From assembly GCA_041650935.1 (NCBI GenBank), contig JBAZKH010000003.1:37269-101268 (forward strand): a stretch of 64,000 nt of DNA, given 5' to 3'. A program made the position numbers and the translations under genes. Numbering within the stretch: position 1 is the stretch's first letter; the number at the start of each line of letters is the position of its first letter. The notes beneath the pieces are model-generated. The model was not told where the DNA came from, did not search any database, and saw only the letters and a program-made list of their open reading frames with translations. Positions 32,000 to 41,266 of the stretch are shown here, in pieces. The DNA is from Candidatus Omnitrophota bacterium. GTDB lineage: Bacteria; Omnitrophota; Gorgyraeia; 2-01-FULL-45-10.

Positions 32000-32220
32000 C
32001 TTTAAAAGGTAGTGCCCTGTACCATTCAAAATGCCTTCGGCATTTTTCAGGTACAGGGCATTCACCACTCACAAAAATTACTACATGGCCGCGTACCATT
32101 CGCTTCGCTCAGGTACACGGCGGGCCGTGCCATGTACCCAGCACCACTTGCTTCGCTCGGGTGCTGGGCGAAGCCCGAGCGTTTGCCATATACCACCTAC
32201 AGGCAAACGCGAGTGGTACA
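32000..32220. repeat. Mosaic repeat in the 3' trailer of tRNA-Arg(TCT)
   Basis: Contains the nested hairpin (32015-32060), a GGGCTTCGCCCAGCACCCGAGC module (32143-32178), GTACCATTCGC modules, and TGTACCACTCGCG abutting the tRNA 3' end. The same modules recur at 41267-41520 and 39411-39935. Confidence 0.6.
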
Positions 32221-32297
32221 TGGCGTCCCTGGCCTGATTCGAACAGGCGACCCTCTGCTTAGAAGGCAGATGCTCTATCCAGCTGAGCTACAGGGAC
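32221..32297 (-). tRNA. tRNA-Arg (anticodon TCT)
   Basis: The reverse complement reads GTCCCTGTAGCTCAGCTGGATAGAGCATCTGCCTTCTAAGCAGAG..GGTTCGAATC..CAGGGACGCCA. Confidence 0.85.
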
Positions 32298-32365
32298 ATT
32301 AACTATTAAAGAACTTATTCCTGCGAAGCCGTACCTCAGTTTAACCCGAGAACGGCGAAGCAGAA

Positions 32366-32442
32366 TGGTCGGGAAGGCGAGATTCGAACTCGCGACCCCT
32401 TGCTCCCAAAGCAAGTGCGCTAGCCAGCTGCGCTACTTCCCG
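32366..32442 (-). tRNA. tRNA-Pro (anticodon TGG)
   Basis: The reverse complement reads CGGGAAGTAGCGCAGCTGGCTAGCGCACTTGCTTTGGGAGCAAG..GGTTCGAATC..CTTCCCGACCA. Confidence 0.85.
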
Positions 32443-32476
32443 TGAAATATATATTCTCACTCAGGATTACCTTATA

Positions 32477-33070
32477 TTATAGATACTTCCTCAAAAATTC
32501 CCGCGCTTTTTTGAGCGCTTTCGAACGGTGGCTCATCCTATCCTTCACCTTCAGGCCAAGCTCGCCGAACGTCTCCTTATATTCAGGTATCAGGAAGAGC
32601 GGATCATAACCGAACCCGTATCCGCCCTTCCCGGAAAAAGCGATAAGCCCGCCGCATGACTCTTGGATTAATTTCACGACCCGGCCGTTATCACAGATCG
32701 CGACGGCGCAGACAAAACGCGCCTGACGGCGCGAAAGCGGCACCTTGCGGAGGAGCCTGAGTAATTTCATATTATTCTGCCTGTCGCTCTTCCCGGGCCC
32801 GGCAAATCTCGACGACCTGACCCCAGGCTGTCCGCCGAGGGCCCGTACTGCCAGCCCGGAATCGTCGGCCAGGACGAGTCCTTTAGTAAATCGCGATATA
32901 ACGAGCGCCTTCTTGACGGCATTGGCCTTAAAAGTCCTGCCGTTTTCCACGATGCGCGGGACACGGTCAAAATCTTTAAGCGAAACCACGCCGGCCTTTA
33001 TGCCTTTAAGATATCTCTTCAGCTCATGGAGCTTCTTATCGTTTTTGGTCGCGATCACAAGCCGTGTCAT
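32477..33070 (-). CDS. rdgB: Non-canonical purine NTP pyrophosphatase (dITP/XTPase)
   Basis: Ham1 family; contains LVLADDSGL and SSRFAG motifs. Confidence 0.85.
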   Translation of the reverse strand: MTRLVIATKNDKKLHELKRYLKGIKAGVVSLKDFDRVPRIVENGRTFKANAVKKALVISRFTKGLVLADDSGLAVRALGGQPGVRSSRFAGPGKSDRQNNMKLLRLLRKVPLSRRQARFVCAVAICDNGRVVKLIQESCGGLIAFSGKGGYGFGYDPLFLIPEYKETFGELGLKVKDRMSHRSKALKKAREFLRKYL

Positions 33071-33807
33071 TATTTGACCAGTCCCTTCAAAACCTTCTTC
33101 TGCGCCGCGATAAGCTCGTCTATACCTTTATGCGCAAGGGTAATAAGCTTGTTCATCTGGTCTTTATCGAACGGCTCTCTTTCCGCGGTTCCCTGTATCT
33201 CGACAAAACGGCCATCCCCCGTCATTATTATGTTCATATCGACTTCGGCGGCGGAATCTTCGCTGTAATCCAGGTCCAATACCGGCCTGCCGTCCAGTAT
33301 TCCCACGCTGACGGCCGCGACGTAATCGGAGACCGGGATCTCCTGTATCAATCCTTCCGATCGCATCCGCGCAAAAGCAAGCACGACCGAAATAAAACTG
33401 CCGGTAATGCTCGCGCACCTCGTACCGCCGTCGGCCTGGATCACATCGCAATCGAGCCATATCGTCCGCTCGCCTATCTTAGACATGTCGGCCACCGATC
33501 TCATGGAGCGGCCTATCAGGCGCTGTATCTCCATCGTCCTGCCGCCCAGCTTTCCCTTCGCGGCTTCCCTCTGCACGCGGGTCCTGCACGACCTCGGGAT
33601 CATCCCGTATTCTGCCGTGATCCAGCCCGTCCCTTTGCCTTTAAGAAAAGGCGGCACCGTGTTCTCGACCGTCGCGGTCGTAATAATTTTCGTCTCGCCA
33701 AGCTCTATCAGGCAGGAGCCTTCCGCATACTTTATATAATTTTTCGTTATCTTCAGCTTGCGCAACTGGTCGCCTGCCCTGCTATTTCGTCTTGTTATGG
33801 GAATCAT
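33070..33807 (-). CDS. rph: Ribonuclease PH
   Basis: [12 protein letters not shown]…[13 protein letters not shown]…[12 protein letters not shown]. Confidence 0.9.
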   Translation of the reverse strand: MIPITRRNSRAGDQLRKLKITKNYIKYAEGSCLIELGETKIITTATVENTVPPFLKGKGTGWITAEYGMIPRSCRTRVQREAAKGKLGGRTMEIQRLIGRSMRSVADMSKIGERTIWLDCDVIQADGGTRCASITGSFISVVLAFARMRSEGLIQEIPVSDYVAAVSVGILDGRPVLDLDYSEDSAAEVDMNIIMTGDGRFVEIQGTAEREPFDKDQMNKLITLAHKGIDELIAAQKKVLKGLVK

Positions 33808-34327
33808 AAATATCGTTTCCTTTCGAATCTATACCGACGATAAGCGGAAATTCCTTAACTTCCAGCTTATAGACCGCTTCCGGTCCCAACTCTTTAAAAA
33901 GTATCGCCTTAGCCGTTTTAACTTTTGTGGAAAGTAGAGCCCCGATCCCTCCCGTGGCCAAAAAATAGACGGCCCCGTATCTCTTTATCGCGCGCTTTAC
34001 TTCCGGCGACCTCTCGCCCTTGCCTATCATCCCGGCAAGACCAAGCTTCAGAAGCTCGGGTGTAAAAGCGTCCATCCGCGAGCTTGTCGTCGGGCCGCAT
34101 GAGCCTATCGCCCGGCCGGGCCGCGGCGGCGTCGGGCCGGCATAATATATACATGCGTCCTTTAATTTTAACGGAACGGCCTTACCCTTCGCGATCAGGT
34201 CGTGTAATCTTTTATGCGCGGCGTCGCGTGCCGTAAATATGACACCGCTCAACAATACATCATCACCCGCTTTCAGGGCGGCGATAGTCTCTTTTGTCAA
34301 AGGCGTTTTTACCTTCATTGGCATCAT
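33782..34327 (-). CDS. Class I fumarate hydratase / Fe-S hydro-lyase, beta subunit
   Basis: [20 protein letters not shown] and a C-terminal domain typical of the FumA/TtdB beta subunit. Confidence 0.8.
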   Translation of the reverse strand: MMPMKVKTPLTKETIAALKAGDDVLLSGVIFTARDAAHKRLHDLIAKGKAVPLKLKDACIYYAGPTPPRPGRAIGSCGPTTSSRMDAFTPELLKLGLAGMIGKGERSPEVKRAIKRYGAVYFLATGGIGALLSTKVKTAKAILFKELGPEAVYKLEVKEFPLIVGIDSKGNDIYDSHNKTK

Positions 34328-34342
34328 AAGTTATCCACAGTT

Positions 34343-35191
34343 TTATATAATCTTTTCCGCGCTCCTTGTTACATGACAGCTCACATTCACCGCAACGGGA
34401 AGGCCCGCTATATGCGTGGCCTCCTCAAGCACCTTCACCCCGAGCGCAGTCGTCCGCCCGCCGAGCCCCATCGGGCCTATTCCCAGCGAATTTATATCGC
34501 GCAGGAGATCCCGCTCAAACTTAGCCAGATATCTCTTCGGGCTCTTCTTATCTATGGGCTCGAGTAGCGCCTTTTTTGCCAGATAGGCCGCCCGGTCGAA
34601 CGTTCCCCCGATCCCTACTCCCAGGACGAGCGGCGGACAGGCGCCCGGCCCGGCCTTCTTCACCACGTCCAATACAAAGGCCTTTATCGATTCGAGCGAT
34701 TCGGTCGGCTTAAACATCTTTATCATACTCTTATTCTCACTGCCGAAACCTTTTGTCGAAAGGGCCACTTTTACCTTATCGCCGTTGACTATCTCGGTAT
34801 ATATTATGGCCGGCGTATTCGTATTCGTATTTTTACGCGCTAGAGGGCTGTCCACGACGGACTTTCGTAAATAACCTTTCCGATAAGCCTCCTCGACGCC
34901 GCCATTTACCGCTTCTTTGAGACTGCCTCCCGCAAGCGCCACATCCTGCCCTATTTCGAGATGGACCACTACCATGCCCGTATCCTGGCATATGGCAATG
35001 CGTTTTTTCCCGGCAAGCTTCGCATTCTCGATAATAGACCTGATGATATTTTTCGGCCGGGGCCGCGTCTCTTTGGAAAGACTTGCCCGCAATGCCTTCA
35101 GCACATCTTTCCTAAGCTCAAAGTTCGCTTTCAGGCAGAGCTCGCAAACCGCATCTCTTATCTTCGAAACACCGACTTCCCGCATATTCAT
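34343..35191 (-). CDS. Class I fumarate hydratase / Fe-S hydro-lyase, alpha subunit
   Basis: The catalytic domain carries AICQDTGMVVVH. Confidence 0.8.
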   Translation of the reverse strand: MNMREVGVSKIRDAVCELCLKANFELRKDVLKALRASLSKETRPRPKNIIRSIIENAKLAGKKRIAICQDTGMVVVHLEIGQDVALAGGSLKEAVNGGVEEAYRKGYLRKSVVDSPLARKNTNTNTPAIIYTEIVNGDKVKVALSTKGFGSENKSMIKMFKPTESLESIKAFVLDVVKKAGPGACPPLVLGVGIGGTFDRAAYLAKKALLEPIDKKSPKRYLAKFERDLLRDINSLGIGPMGLGGRTTALGVKVLEEATHIAGLPVAVNVSCHVTRSAEKII

Positions 35192-35213
35192 ACCCCGCTA
35201 CTCACTACCGCTT

Positions 35214-35615
35214 TTACACACTGCCTTTTTCCCCATACTCCGCGCTCACCGTCGTCTTTATCCCGCCCCTGGCATTGAACTCGCCCACTATCTCCATCCA
35301 TCTCGGCTTACAGGCCCTGACCATGTCGTCGAGCACTCTATTGACAAGGTGTTCGTTAAATATCCCTATATCGCGGTAAAATATAGTGTAGTGTTTGAGA
35401 GACTTAAGTTCGATACACAGCCTGTCCGGGATATATTTTATCGTTATCACCGCGAAGTCCGGCAGGCCGGTCTTCGGGCATATACTGGTAAATTCCGGTA
35501 TGTCGATCCTGATCACGTAATCCCTGTCCGGATACTGGTTCTTCCAGGACTCTATCTCCGGAGTCTTGAGCGCGCGGATCCTGCCCTGCAGCCCTTCATA
35601 CGGCGATCTCGTCAT
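35214..35615 (-). CDS. queF: NADPH-dependent 7-cyano-7-deazaguanine reductase (unimodular type)
   Basis: EFTSICPKTGLPDF with the catalytic Cys. First gene of the que operon. Confidence 0.88.
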   Translation of the reverse strand: MTRSPYEGLQGRIRALKTPEIESWKNQYPDRDYVIRIDIPEFTSICPKTGLPDFAVITIKYIPDRLCIELKSLKHYTIFYRDIGIFNEHLVNRVLDDMVRACKPRWMEIVGEFNARGGIKTTVSAEYGEKGSV

Positions 35616-35618
35616 ATC

Positions 35619-36323
35619 TCACTTCACTTTCAGTATTTTGTGTATCTGCGGTATGACCCGCATATTTACAATGTCGCTCTTTAACCCTATATCCAAAAAA
35701 CTCCGCAGCCGGCCATGATCTATGGGCTTCTCACCCGGCCGCACCGGCGAAGCGGGCTGTAAAATAAAAGGCACTTTTCTACGCGCCCCGGTTATCAGCC
35801 GGATGGCCTTCTCCATATCCTCTTTGCGCGTATCACGCGTTACCACAGCCTTTACAAAGACCTTCTTCTTCGACGCTATCTTCAGGAAGTCGCTATGTTC
35901 GTGCCAGTAAGCCCTTCCGCCGGTAGACGAAGGAAGCTTAAAATCCATCGCGACTATATCCACGAGGTCTATGATCTTCGAAAGTTCATACGGCAGGGTC
36001 CCGTTCGTTTCCAGATACGATTTAAAACGGGCCCGCTTAAGCATCTTAAGAAAAACCTTCAGGAAATCCCAGTATAAAAGCGGTTCTCCGCCGGTAAAAG
36101 AGACGGAATGGTGCGGCCCTTCCGATAACTCCAGGGCCTTTATCTCCTTCATAAGTTCCGCCGTCCCGTATTCCCCGGCAACAGCATCCTTCGACTCGTC
36201 GCAAAATACGCAATCGAGGTTGCATCTCTTGAAGCGCACGAATATCTGTTTCGCGCCAAGGAATATGCCTTCGCCCTGTATCGAAGAGAATATGTCCGTT
36301 ATCTCTGCTTTTACATTGACCAT
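35619..36323 (-). CDS. queE: 7-carboxy-7-deazaguanine synthase (radical SAM)
   Basis: FVRFKRCNLDCVFCDE. Confidence 0.88.
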   Translation of the reverse strand: MVNVKAEITDIFSSIQGEGIFLGAKQIFVRFKRCNLDCVFCDESKDAVAGEYGTAELMKEIKALELSEGPHHSVSFTGGEPLLYWDFLKVFLKMLKRARFKSYLETNGTLPYELSKIIDLVDIVAMDFKLPSSTGGRAYWHEHSDFLKIASKKKVFVKAVVTRDTRKEDMEKAIRLITGARRKVPFILQPASPVRPGEKPIDHGRLRSFLDIGLKSDIVNMRVIPQIHKILKVK

Positions 36324-36327
36324 ATCA

Positions 36328-37008
36328 TCACTCCAGAAGAGGATCCCGCAGACCGGCTTCTTTAAAACCCTTGCGCCTCAACACGCAAGAGTCGCACCTG
36401 CCGCACGGCAACTCACCGTCCTTATAACACGACCGGGTATATTGGAACGGCACTCCTAAAGACGCGCCAAGCCTGATTATCTCTCTCTTACCCATATCTA
36501 TAAGCGGAAACTCGAGCCGCAGTTTATTTTCGAGACCGCGTCTGGTCCCGATCCGTAAGACACGGTCGAATGTTTCGAGATACTTTTTGCGGCAGTCCGG
36601 ATATCCGCTGGAATCCTGGGAATGCGCGCCGATGAATACCTTATCCGCGCCGATCGCTTCCGCGTAAGATGAGGCAACGGCCAAAAATATAGTATTTCTC
36701 GCCGGTACATATGTCGACGGTATACCGGCGCGCGCTATCTTCGCGGGGCTCCTGTCCAACGGCAGCGCGCCGGCGCCGGCAAACAGGCTCGACCCGCCCC
36801 ACGACAGAGCGACTCTCTCGGTCTTCAGCTTCGCGCCGGCCGCAGCGGCTATCCTCTTCGCCATCCTCATCTCGACAGAGTTACGCTGACCGTAGTCGAA
36901 GTTCAGGCAAAAACAGTCATAGCCTTTTTCCTTTGCAAAAAATAACACAACCGCCGAATCCAACCCGCCGGAGAGCAGTATTACCGCTTTCTTCTTCACA
37001 CTATACAC
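36328..37008 (-). CDS. queC: 7-cyano-7-deazaguanine synthase
   Basis: AVILLSGGLDSAVV PP-loop and C-terminal zinc Cys residues. Confidence 0.9.
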   Translation of the reverse strand: MYSVKKKAVILLSGGLDSAVVLFFAKEKGYDCFCLNFDYGQRNSVEMRMAKRIAAAAGAKLKTERVALSWGGSSLFAGAGALPLDRSPAKIARAGIPSTYVPARNTIFLAVASSYAEAIGADKVFIGAHSQDSSGYPDCRKKYLETFDRVLRIGTRRGLENKLRLEFPLIDMGKREIIRLGASLGVPFQYTRSCYKDGELPCGRCDSCVLRRKGFKEAGLRDPLLE

Positions 37009-37040
37009 TCTTCACTATACACTATCCACTAAACTCCATC

Positions 37041-37397
37041 TCACTCTATATATACGGCACACGACCGCTCATTCTCCCAAACGGCCACAGAATATACGCT
37101 CTTAACGCTCTTCTTTATACCGTCATAGATAAATTTCGCTATATTTTCCGAAGTAGGATTTTTTTTCTTAAAATACGGGAGTTCGTTAAGGCAGGAATGG
37201 TCGAGCGAGCCTATCGCGTTCTCCAACGCCGCTTTCGCTATCTTAAAATCGACGGCAAGGCCGTTTGGGCCGAGCGCTTTATACCTGAATACGGCTTCGA
37301 CGATCCAGTTATGGCCGTGGAGATGCTCGCACTTCCCTTCATAATGGCGCAGGTTATGCGCGGCGCTGAAATCGGTCTTTACTTTTATCTCGAACAT
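37041..37397 (-). CDS. queD: 6-carboxy-5,6,7,8-tetrahydropterin synthase
   Basis: CEHLHGHNW motif. Confidence 0.88.
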   Translation of the reverse strand: MFEIKVKTDFSAAHNLRHYEGKCEHLHGHNWIVEAVFRYKALGPNGLAVDFKIAKAALENAIGSLDHSCLNELPYFKKKNPTSENIAKFIYDGIKKSVKSVYSVAVWENERSCAVYIE

Positions 37398-37443
37398 AAA
37401 CTGATTCTTTCCGACTTACGTCGTTCGTGAAGCGTGAAGCGCT

Positions 37444-38241
37444 TCACGTATAACGCTTCACGCATTTTATCCGCTTCTTAAGGAATCTCTCGCCGATGCG
37501 GACGAAACGGTTCGGCTCATCGCTTACGAAGAATCTATGCTTTCCCCTGCCCCTGGAGCCGTTTAAGAGCCCGGCGACATCCAGTATCTCCTTCGCTTCT
37601 TTCGCGATCTCTTTTGCCGAATCGACCAGCACGACATCCTTGCCCATAACTTTTCGCAGGATCGTTTTAAGGATCGGGTAATGCGTACAGCCGAGTATCA
37701 GCGTATCGACCGACCTTGCCCTTAGCGGTTTAAGATATATTTCCGTCACGGTCTTCGTAACGCCGCTTGCCGCCCATCCTTCTTCAACTAAAGGCACGAA
37801 GAGCGGACAGGCCTGCGTAAATATCGCATATCGCGGGCTTATCCTCTTTATAGCCTTCTCGTAAGCGCCCGACGAGATCGTCGCGTTAGTGCCGATGACA
37901 CCGATCCTGTTATTGCGCGTAACGCTGATGGCCGAGCGGGCGCCGGGTTCGATGACGCCGATGATCGGGACCCTGAAACACCGTTTAAGAAAATCGAGGC
38001 TTAAGGAAGAGGCTGTGTTGCATGCGACTATGACGATCTTCACGTCATGCGTCATAAGGAATTCGATATTCTCGACGGAGAATTTCGTCACCGTCTCTTT
38101 CGATTTAGTGCCGTAAGGGACCCGCGCCGTATCGCCGAAATAGACGATATCCTCGCCCGGGAGCATCTCCTGGATCTTACCGACAACCGTAAGCCCGCCT
38201 ACACCGGAATCGAATATGCCGATAGGTCTCGAGTCGCTCAT
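37444..38241 (-). CDS. murI: Glutamate racemase
   Basis: IGIFDSGVGGLTV and the ACNTAS catalytic Cys motif. Confidence 0.9.
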   Translation of the reverse strand: MSDSRPIGIFDSGVGGLTVVGKIQEMLPGEDIVYFGDTARVPYGTKSKETVTKFSVENIEFLMTHDVKIVIVACNTASSLSLDFLKRCFRVPIIGVIEPGARSAISVTRNNRIGVIGTNATISSGAYEKAIKRISPRYAIFTQACPLFVPLVEEGWAASGVTKTVTEIYLKPLRARSVDTLILGCTHYPILKTILRKVMGKDVVLVDSAKEIAKEAKEILDVAGLLNGSRGRGKHRFFVSDEPNRFVRIGERFLKKRIKCVKRYT

Positions 38242-39371
38242 GATCGTGTAAATCCCTCCGTCGCTTCGTATTCTCTCTTGTACCGCAAGATACCGTCAGC
38301 TACGGCTTCCGCGATCCTGTCCAAAAATTCCGGATCCTTTAATTTAAGCTCTTCGTACTTATTGCTCACGTAACCGGCCTCGACGAGCACAGCCGGAATG
38401 TTTGTATGCTTGAGCACGTAGAACCTCGCCGTCCTGACGCCCCTGTTACCGATGGCAAGACTCCTGTCGACCGAATCGCAGACAGCGCCGGCAAGTTCGG
38501 CGGACTCAAGCCTGTTTTCGGTAAGCGCCATGTCCCAGAGCGTCTTGTCGAGAAGGCGCGAACGCTCGGCCGACGCCGTATTGCTCATTTTGAGGGAGCT
38601 ATTCTCAAAAGCCTCGAGGGCGCGCGCGTTATCGTCGGTCGCGTTCGAAAGATAATAGCACTCAAAGCCCCTTAGCGACCTCACGCGCGAAGCGTTTATG
38701 TGGACGCTCATAAAAAGATCCGCCCCGCTCTTATTGGCTATCTCGGATCTTTTCGTTAGAGGTATGAAGGCATCCTTATTCCTGGTCATTATAACCTTTA
38801 TGCCTTCGTTCTCCATGAGCTCTTTAAGTTTACGCGCCAAAAGAAGCGCCAGGTCCTTCTCCTTCGAATGGCTCCTCCTGCCGATAGCGCCCGGGTCATT
38901 ACCGCCATGGCCGGGATCCAATACTATGGTCTTTATCGCGAATCTCTTCGGGCCTTCCGGCGGCGGCGACGGCTTTCGCAACGGGACATATGCGGCGAGC
39001 GGTCCGAAACTGTTTTTGACAAACGAGACCGGAACGAAGAGCGTATTGCCGCTTAAGACAACGGGCCTATCGACCTTCACCAGAGCGCCGTTAACGAGCG
39101 CCCTGTCACCGCCGGACCTTAAAATTATCCGCGTAGCGCCTTTTTGTATGGCAGCGGTACCCGTGAAACTGTCATATTTATATTCGAAGCCGTAAAAATC
39201 ACTAAGCCTGGTAAGCGAGACATACTCCACCCCGTTAAATACCTTCAGCTCTTTTTGCAATGACGTGTCGAGCCTGAAATGCGACACCTGCGTCGCGCAT
39301 CCGGACAGGAATATGCCCGCACAGGCTATTAATATAATTATACGGAAATATCTATAATGACATTTTTGCAT
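38238..39371 (-). CDS. N-acetylmuramoyl-L-alanine amidase (AmiC-like, with an N-terminal AMIN-like domain)
   Basis: Amidase_3 domain: VLDPGHGGNDPGA…SVHINA. Confidence 0.8.
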   Translation of the reverse strand: MQKCHYRYFRIIILIACAGIFLSGCATQVSHFRLDTSLQKELKVFNGVEYVSLTRLSDFYGFEYKYDSFTGTAAIQKGATRIILRSGGDRALVNGALVKVDRPVVLSGNTLFVPVSFVKNSFGPLAAYVPLRKPSPPPEGPKRFAIKTIVLDPGHGGNDPGAIGRRSHSKEKDLALLLARKLKELMENEGIKVIMTRNKDAFIPLTKRSEIANKSGADLFMSVHINASRVRSLRGFECYYLSNATDDNARALEAFENSSLKMSNTASAERSRLLDKTLWDMALTENRLESAELAGAVCDSVDRSLAIGNRGVRTARFYVLKHTNIPAVLVEAGYVSNKYEELKLKDPEFLDRIAEAVADGILRYKREYEATEGFTRS

Positions 39372-39410
39372 TAAAAGGGATAATGGTGGTATATCTTAAG
39401 TTCTGTTTTC

Positions 39411-39935
39411 ACAGTACCATTCACCAACTGTCATGCAATAGCTCAGGTGCTGTGCACCGCACAAGTACCATTCGCCAACTGTCATGCAATAGCTCAGGTG
39501 CTGTGCACTGTACCCGAGCGATTTAGCTTTAACTCCGTCGCGAGTGGTACAGTGGTGCGGAAGGAGGGAGTTGGCTACTTCGGCCGCACAGCGGCCTGCG
39601 TAGCCTCACCTCGCTCGCTTCCGGGCATAGCCCTTTTCCTCACTTCGTTCGGCGCTCGCTCGCTTCAACTCCCATCTGAGTTCTGTTTCGCACAGTACCA
39701 TTCGCCAGCTGTCATGCAATAGCTCAGGTGCTGTGCACCGCACAAGTACCATTCGCCAGCTGTCATGCAATAGCTCAGGTGCTGTGCACCGCACAAGTAC
39801 CATTCGCCAGCTGTCATGCAATAGCTCAGGTGCTGTGCACCGCACAAGTACCATTCGCCAACTGTCATGCAATAGCTCAGGTGCTGTGCACTGTACCCGA
39901 GCGATTCAGCTTTAACTCTGTCGCGAGTGGTACAG
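39411..39935. repeat. Tandem 51-bp repeat array downstream of tRNA-Leu, in two blocks (2 units then 4 units), plus a partial duplicate of the tRNA-Leu 3' end
   Basis: Unit CACAAGTACCATTCGCCAGCTGTCATGCAATAGCTCAGGTGCTGTGCACCG. Block 1 is 39411-39565 and ends with TGGTGCGGAAGGAGGGAGTTG, a 21-nt copy of the tRNA 3' end. Block 2 is 39680-39935. Confidence 0.8.
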
Positions 39936-40020
39936 TGGTGCGGAAGGAGGGAGTTGAACCCTCAAGGTTTTACCCATACGGTCCTGAGCCGTACGCGTCT
40001 GCCAGTTCCGCCACTTCCGC
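39936..40020 (-). tRNA. tRNA-Leu (anticodon CAG), long variable arm
   Basis: The reverse complement reads GCGGAAGTGGCGGAACTGGCAGACGCGTACGGCTCAGGACCGTA..GGGTTCAACTCCC..CTTCCGCACCA. Confidence 0.85.
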
Positions 40021-40237
40021 CTAACTGCATATCTTTTGTCCCGCCCCTAGCCTAACTCCTGGCGGGGCCGCTACCGCTTGATATTATTTCAGTCTGTCAA
40101 GCGTCCCGAGCGTAAATTATTTCACTCATAATGCGAGGGGCTACCACAACTTATGGCAATATTAGATTTCATAGTATACCGCAAAACGATAGGGCTGGCA
40201 AGGTTGATTTCACCGTCATATTATGTTATATTAAGAG

Positions 40238-40696
40238 TTGAAAATGACAGATAAGGTAATCGCCACTAACAGGCAGGCGAGATTTGAATATAATATACTC
40301 GAGAGCTTCGAGGCCGGGATAGCCCTTACAGGCACCGAAGTCAAATCTTTAAGAACCGGCAAGGCGAGCCTTAGTAATAGTTTTGCAAGGATAGAAGGCA
40401 ATGAGGTTTTTTTGAACGGCATGCATATCGCGCCTTATGCCTTCGGCAACATTGCAAATCCCGATCCTTTACGGCCCAGAAAATTGCTTCTGCACAAAAG
40501 AGAGATCCGGAGGCTTGCCGCCGATATTTCTACCAAGAAATTGACGCTCATACCGCTCAAGTCCTATTTTAAGGGCGGTATAGTTAAGGTTGAGATAGCC
40601 CTGGCAAAGGGGAAGAAATTATACGATAAACGCGAAGTAATCAAGAAACGCGAACTCGACAGAGAGCTTAAAAGAATTTCGAGAAGTCACCAGTAA
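40238..40696 (+). CDS. smpB: SsrA-binding protein
   Basis: ATNRQARFEYNILESFEAGIALTGTEVKSLR. Located immediately upstream of ssrA. Confidence 0.92.
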   Translation: MKMTDKVIATNRQARFEYNILESFEAGIALTGTEVKSLRTGKASLSNSFARIEGNEVFLNGMHIAPYAFGNIANPDPLRPRKLLLHKREIRRLAADISTKKLTLIPLKSYFKGGIVKVEIALAKGKKLYDKREVIKKRELDRELKRISRSHQ

Positions 40697-40818
40697 CATC
40701 GTTCTTTAACATATTATTTTCCCGAAAAAAGTATGTTTCGGGATCAAATTCGGCCCGGCTTAACGGGCGGCGCCGCGGCGTATGCCGCTATCGCTCCATA
40801 AGCCGCGGCCTCATTTGA

Positions 40819-41266
40819 GGGGCTGACAGGTTTCGACCCAGATAAGCAGAGCATAAGCAGCATGTAGAGGTTGCTAGGAGGCCTCTTGGCGCAAGCCATT
40901 CCTACGATTCTGTGGGGATAAAACACCTGGCAAAAAAACAAATGCTGAAAACGTAAAAGTTCCAGCAACGGTGAATGAACTCCTAAGCACCATGCAAGTG
41001 GTGCCGGGGCCAGTTCTACCGGTAGCGTTACCTTTATAAGGTAACCCGTCAACCAATACTTTTCCTGCGAGGGTTGGATTGACGACGAAAAGCAGGATGG
41101 TCCCGCCGACATAGCCTTTTGGAGGCGGGACGAGACCTATAAAGGATACCCTCCTGAAATTCCTCCTATTGAAGTTCAGGAGGGGAAATTAAAGATTAGG
41201 ATAAACATGTAGCGGCTTTTGTTTTGATGTTTGGGGACGCGGGTTCAACTCCCGCCAGCTCCACCA
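40819..41266 (+). ncRNA. ssrA: tmRNA (transfer-messenger RNA)
   Basis: The 5' end GGGGCTGACAGGTTTCGAC and the 3' end GGACGCGGGTTCAACTCCCGCCAGCTCCACCA closely match the E. coli tmRNA ends, with a G3:U wobble in the acceptor stem. I could not identify the tag reading frame. Confidence 0.8.

Noticed and set aside
32000-32220. Retron-like ncRNA (msr/msd) suggested by inverted repeats near tRNA
   Set aside because: No reverse transcriptase gene is adjacent. The structure is better explained as repeat modules shared with other tRNA trailers.
39411-39935. Possible CRISPR array
   Set aside because: The 51-bp units are contiguous with no unique spacers between them, and there are no cas genes nearby. 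This is a minisatellite or att-like duplication, not CRISPR.
39606-40024. ORFs encoding repetitive peptides (MHDSWRMVLVRCTAPELL…, MLCTAQVPFASCHAIAQVL…)
   Set aside because: They are produced by translating the tandem DNA repeat on both strands and overlap the tRNA-Leu flank. No ribosome-binding site, so they are almost certainly not genes.
40744-41112. Minus-strand ORFs of 122 and 60 aa
   Set aside because: They lie entirely within the tmRNA gene.
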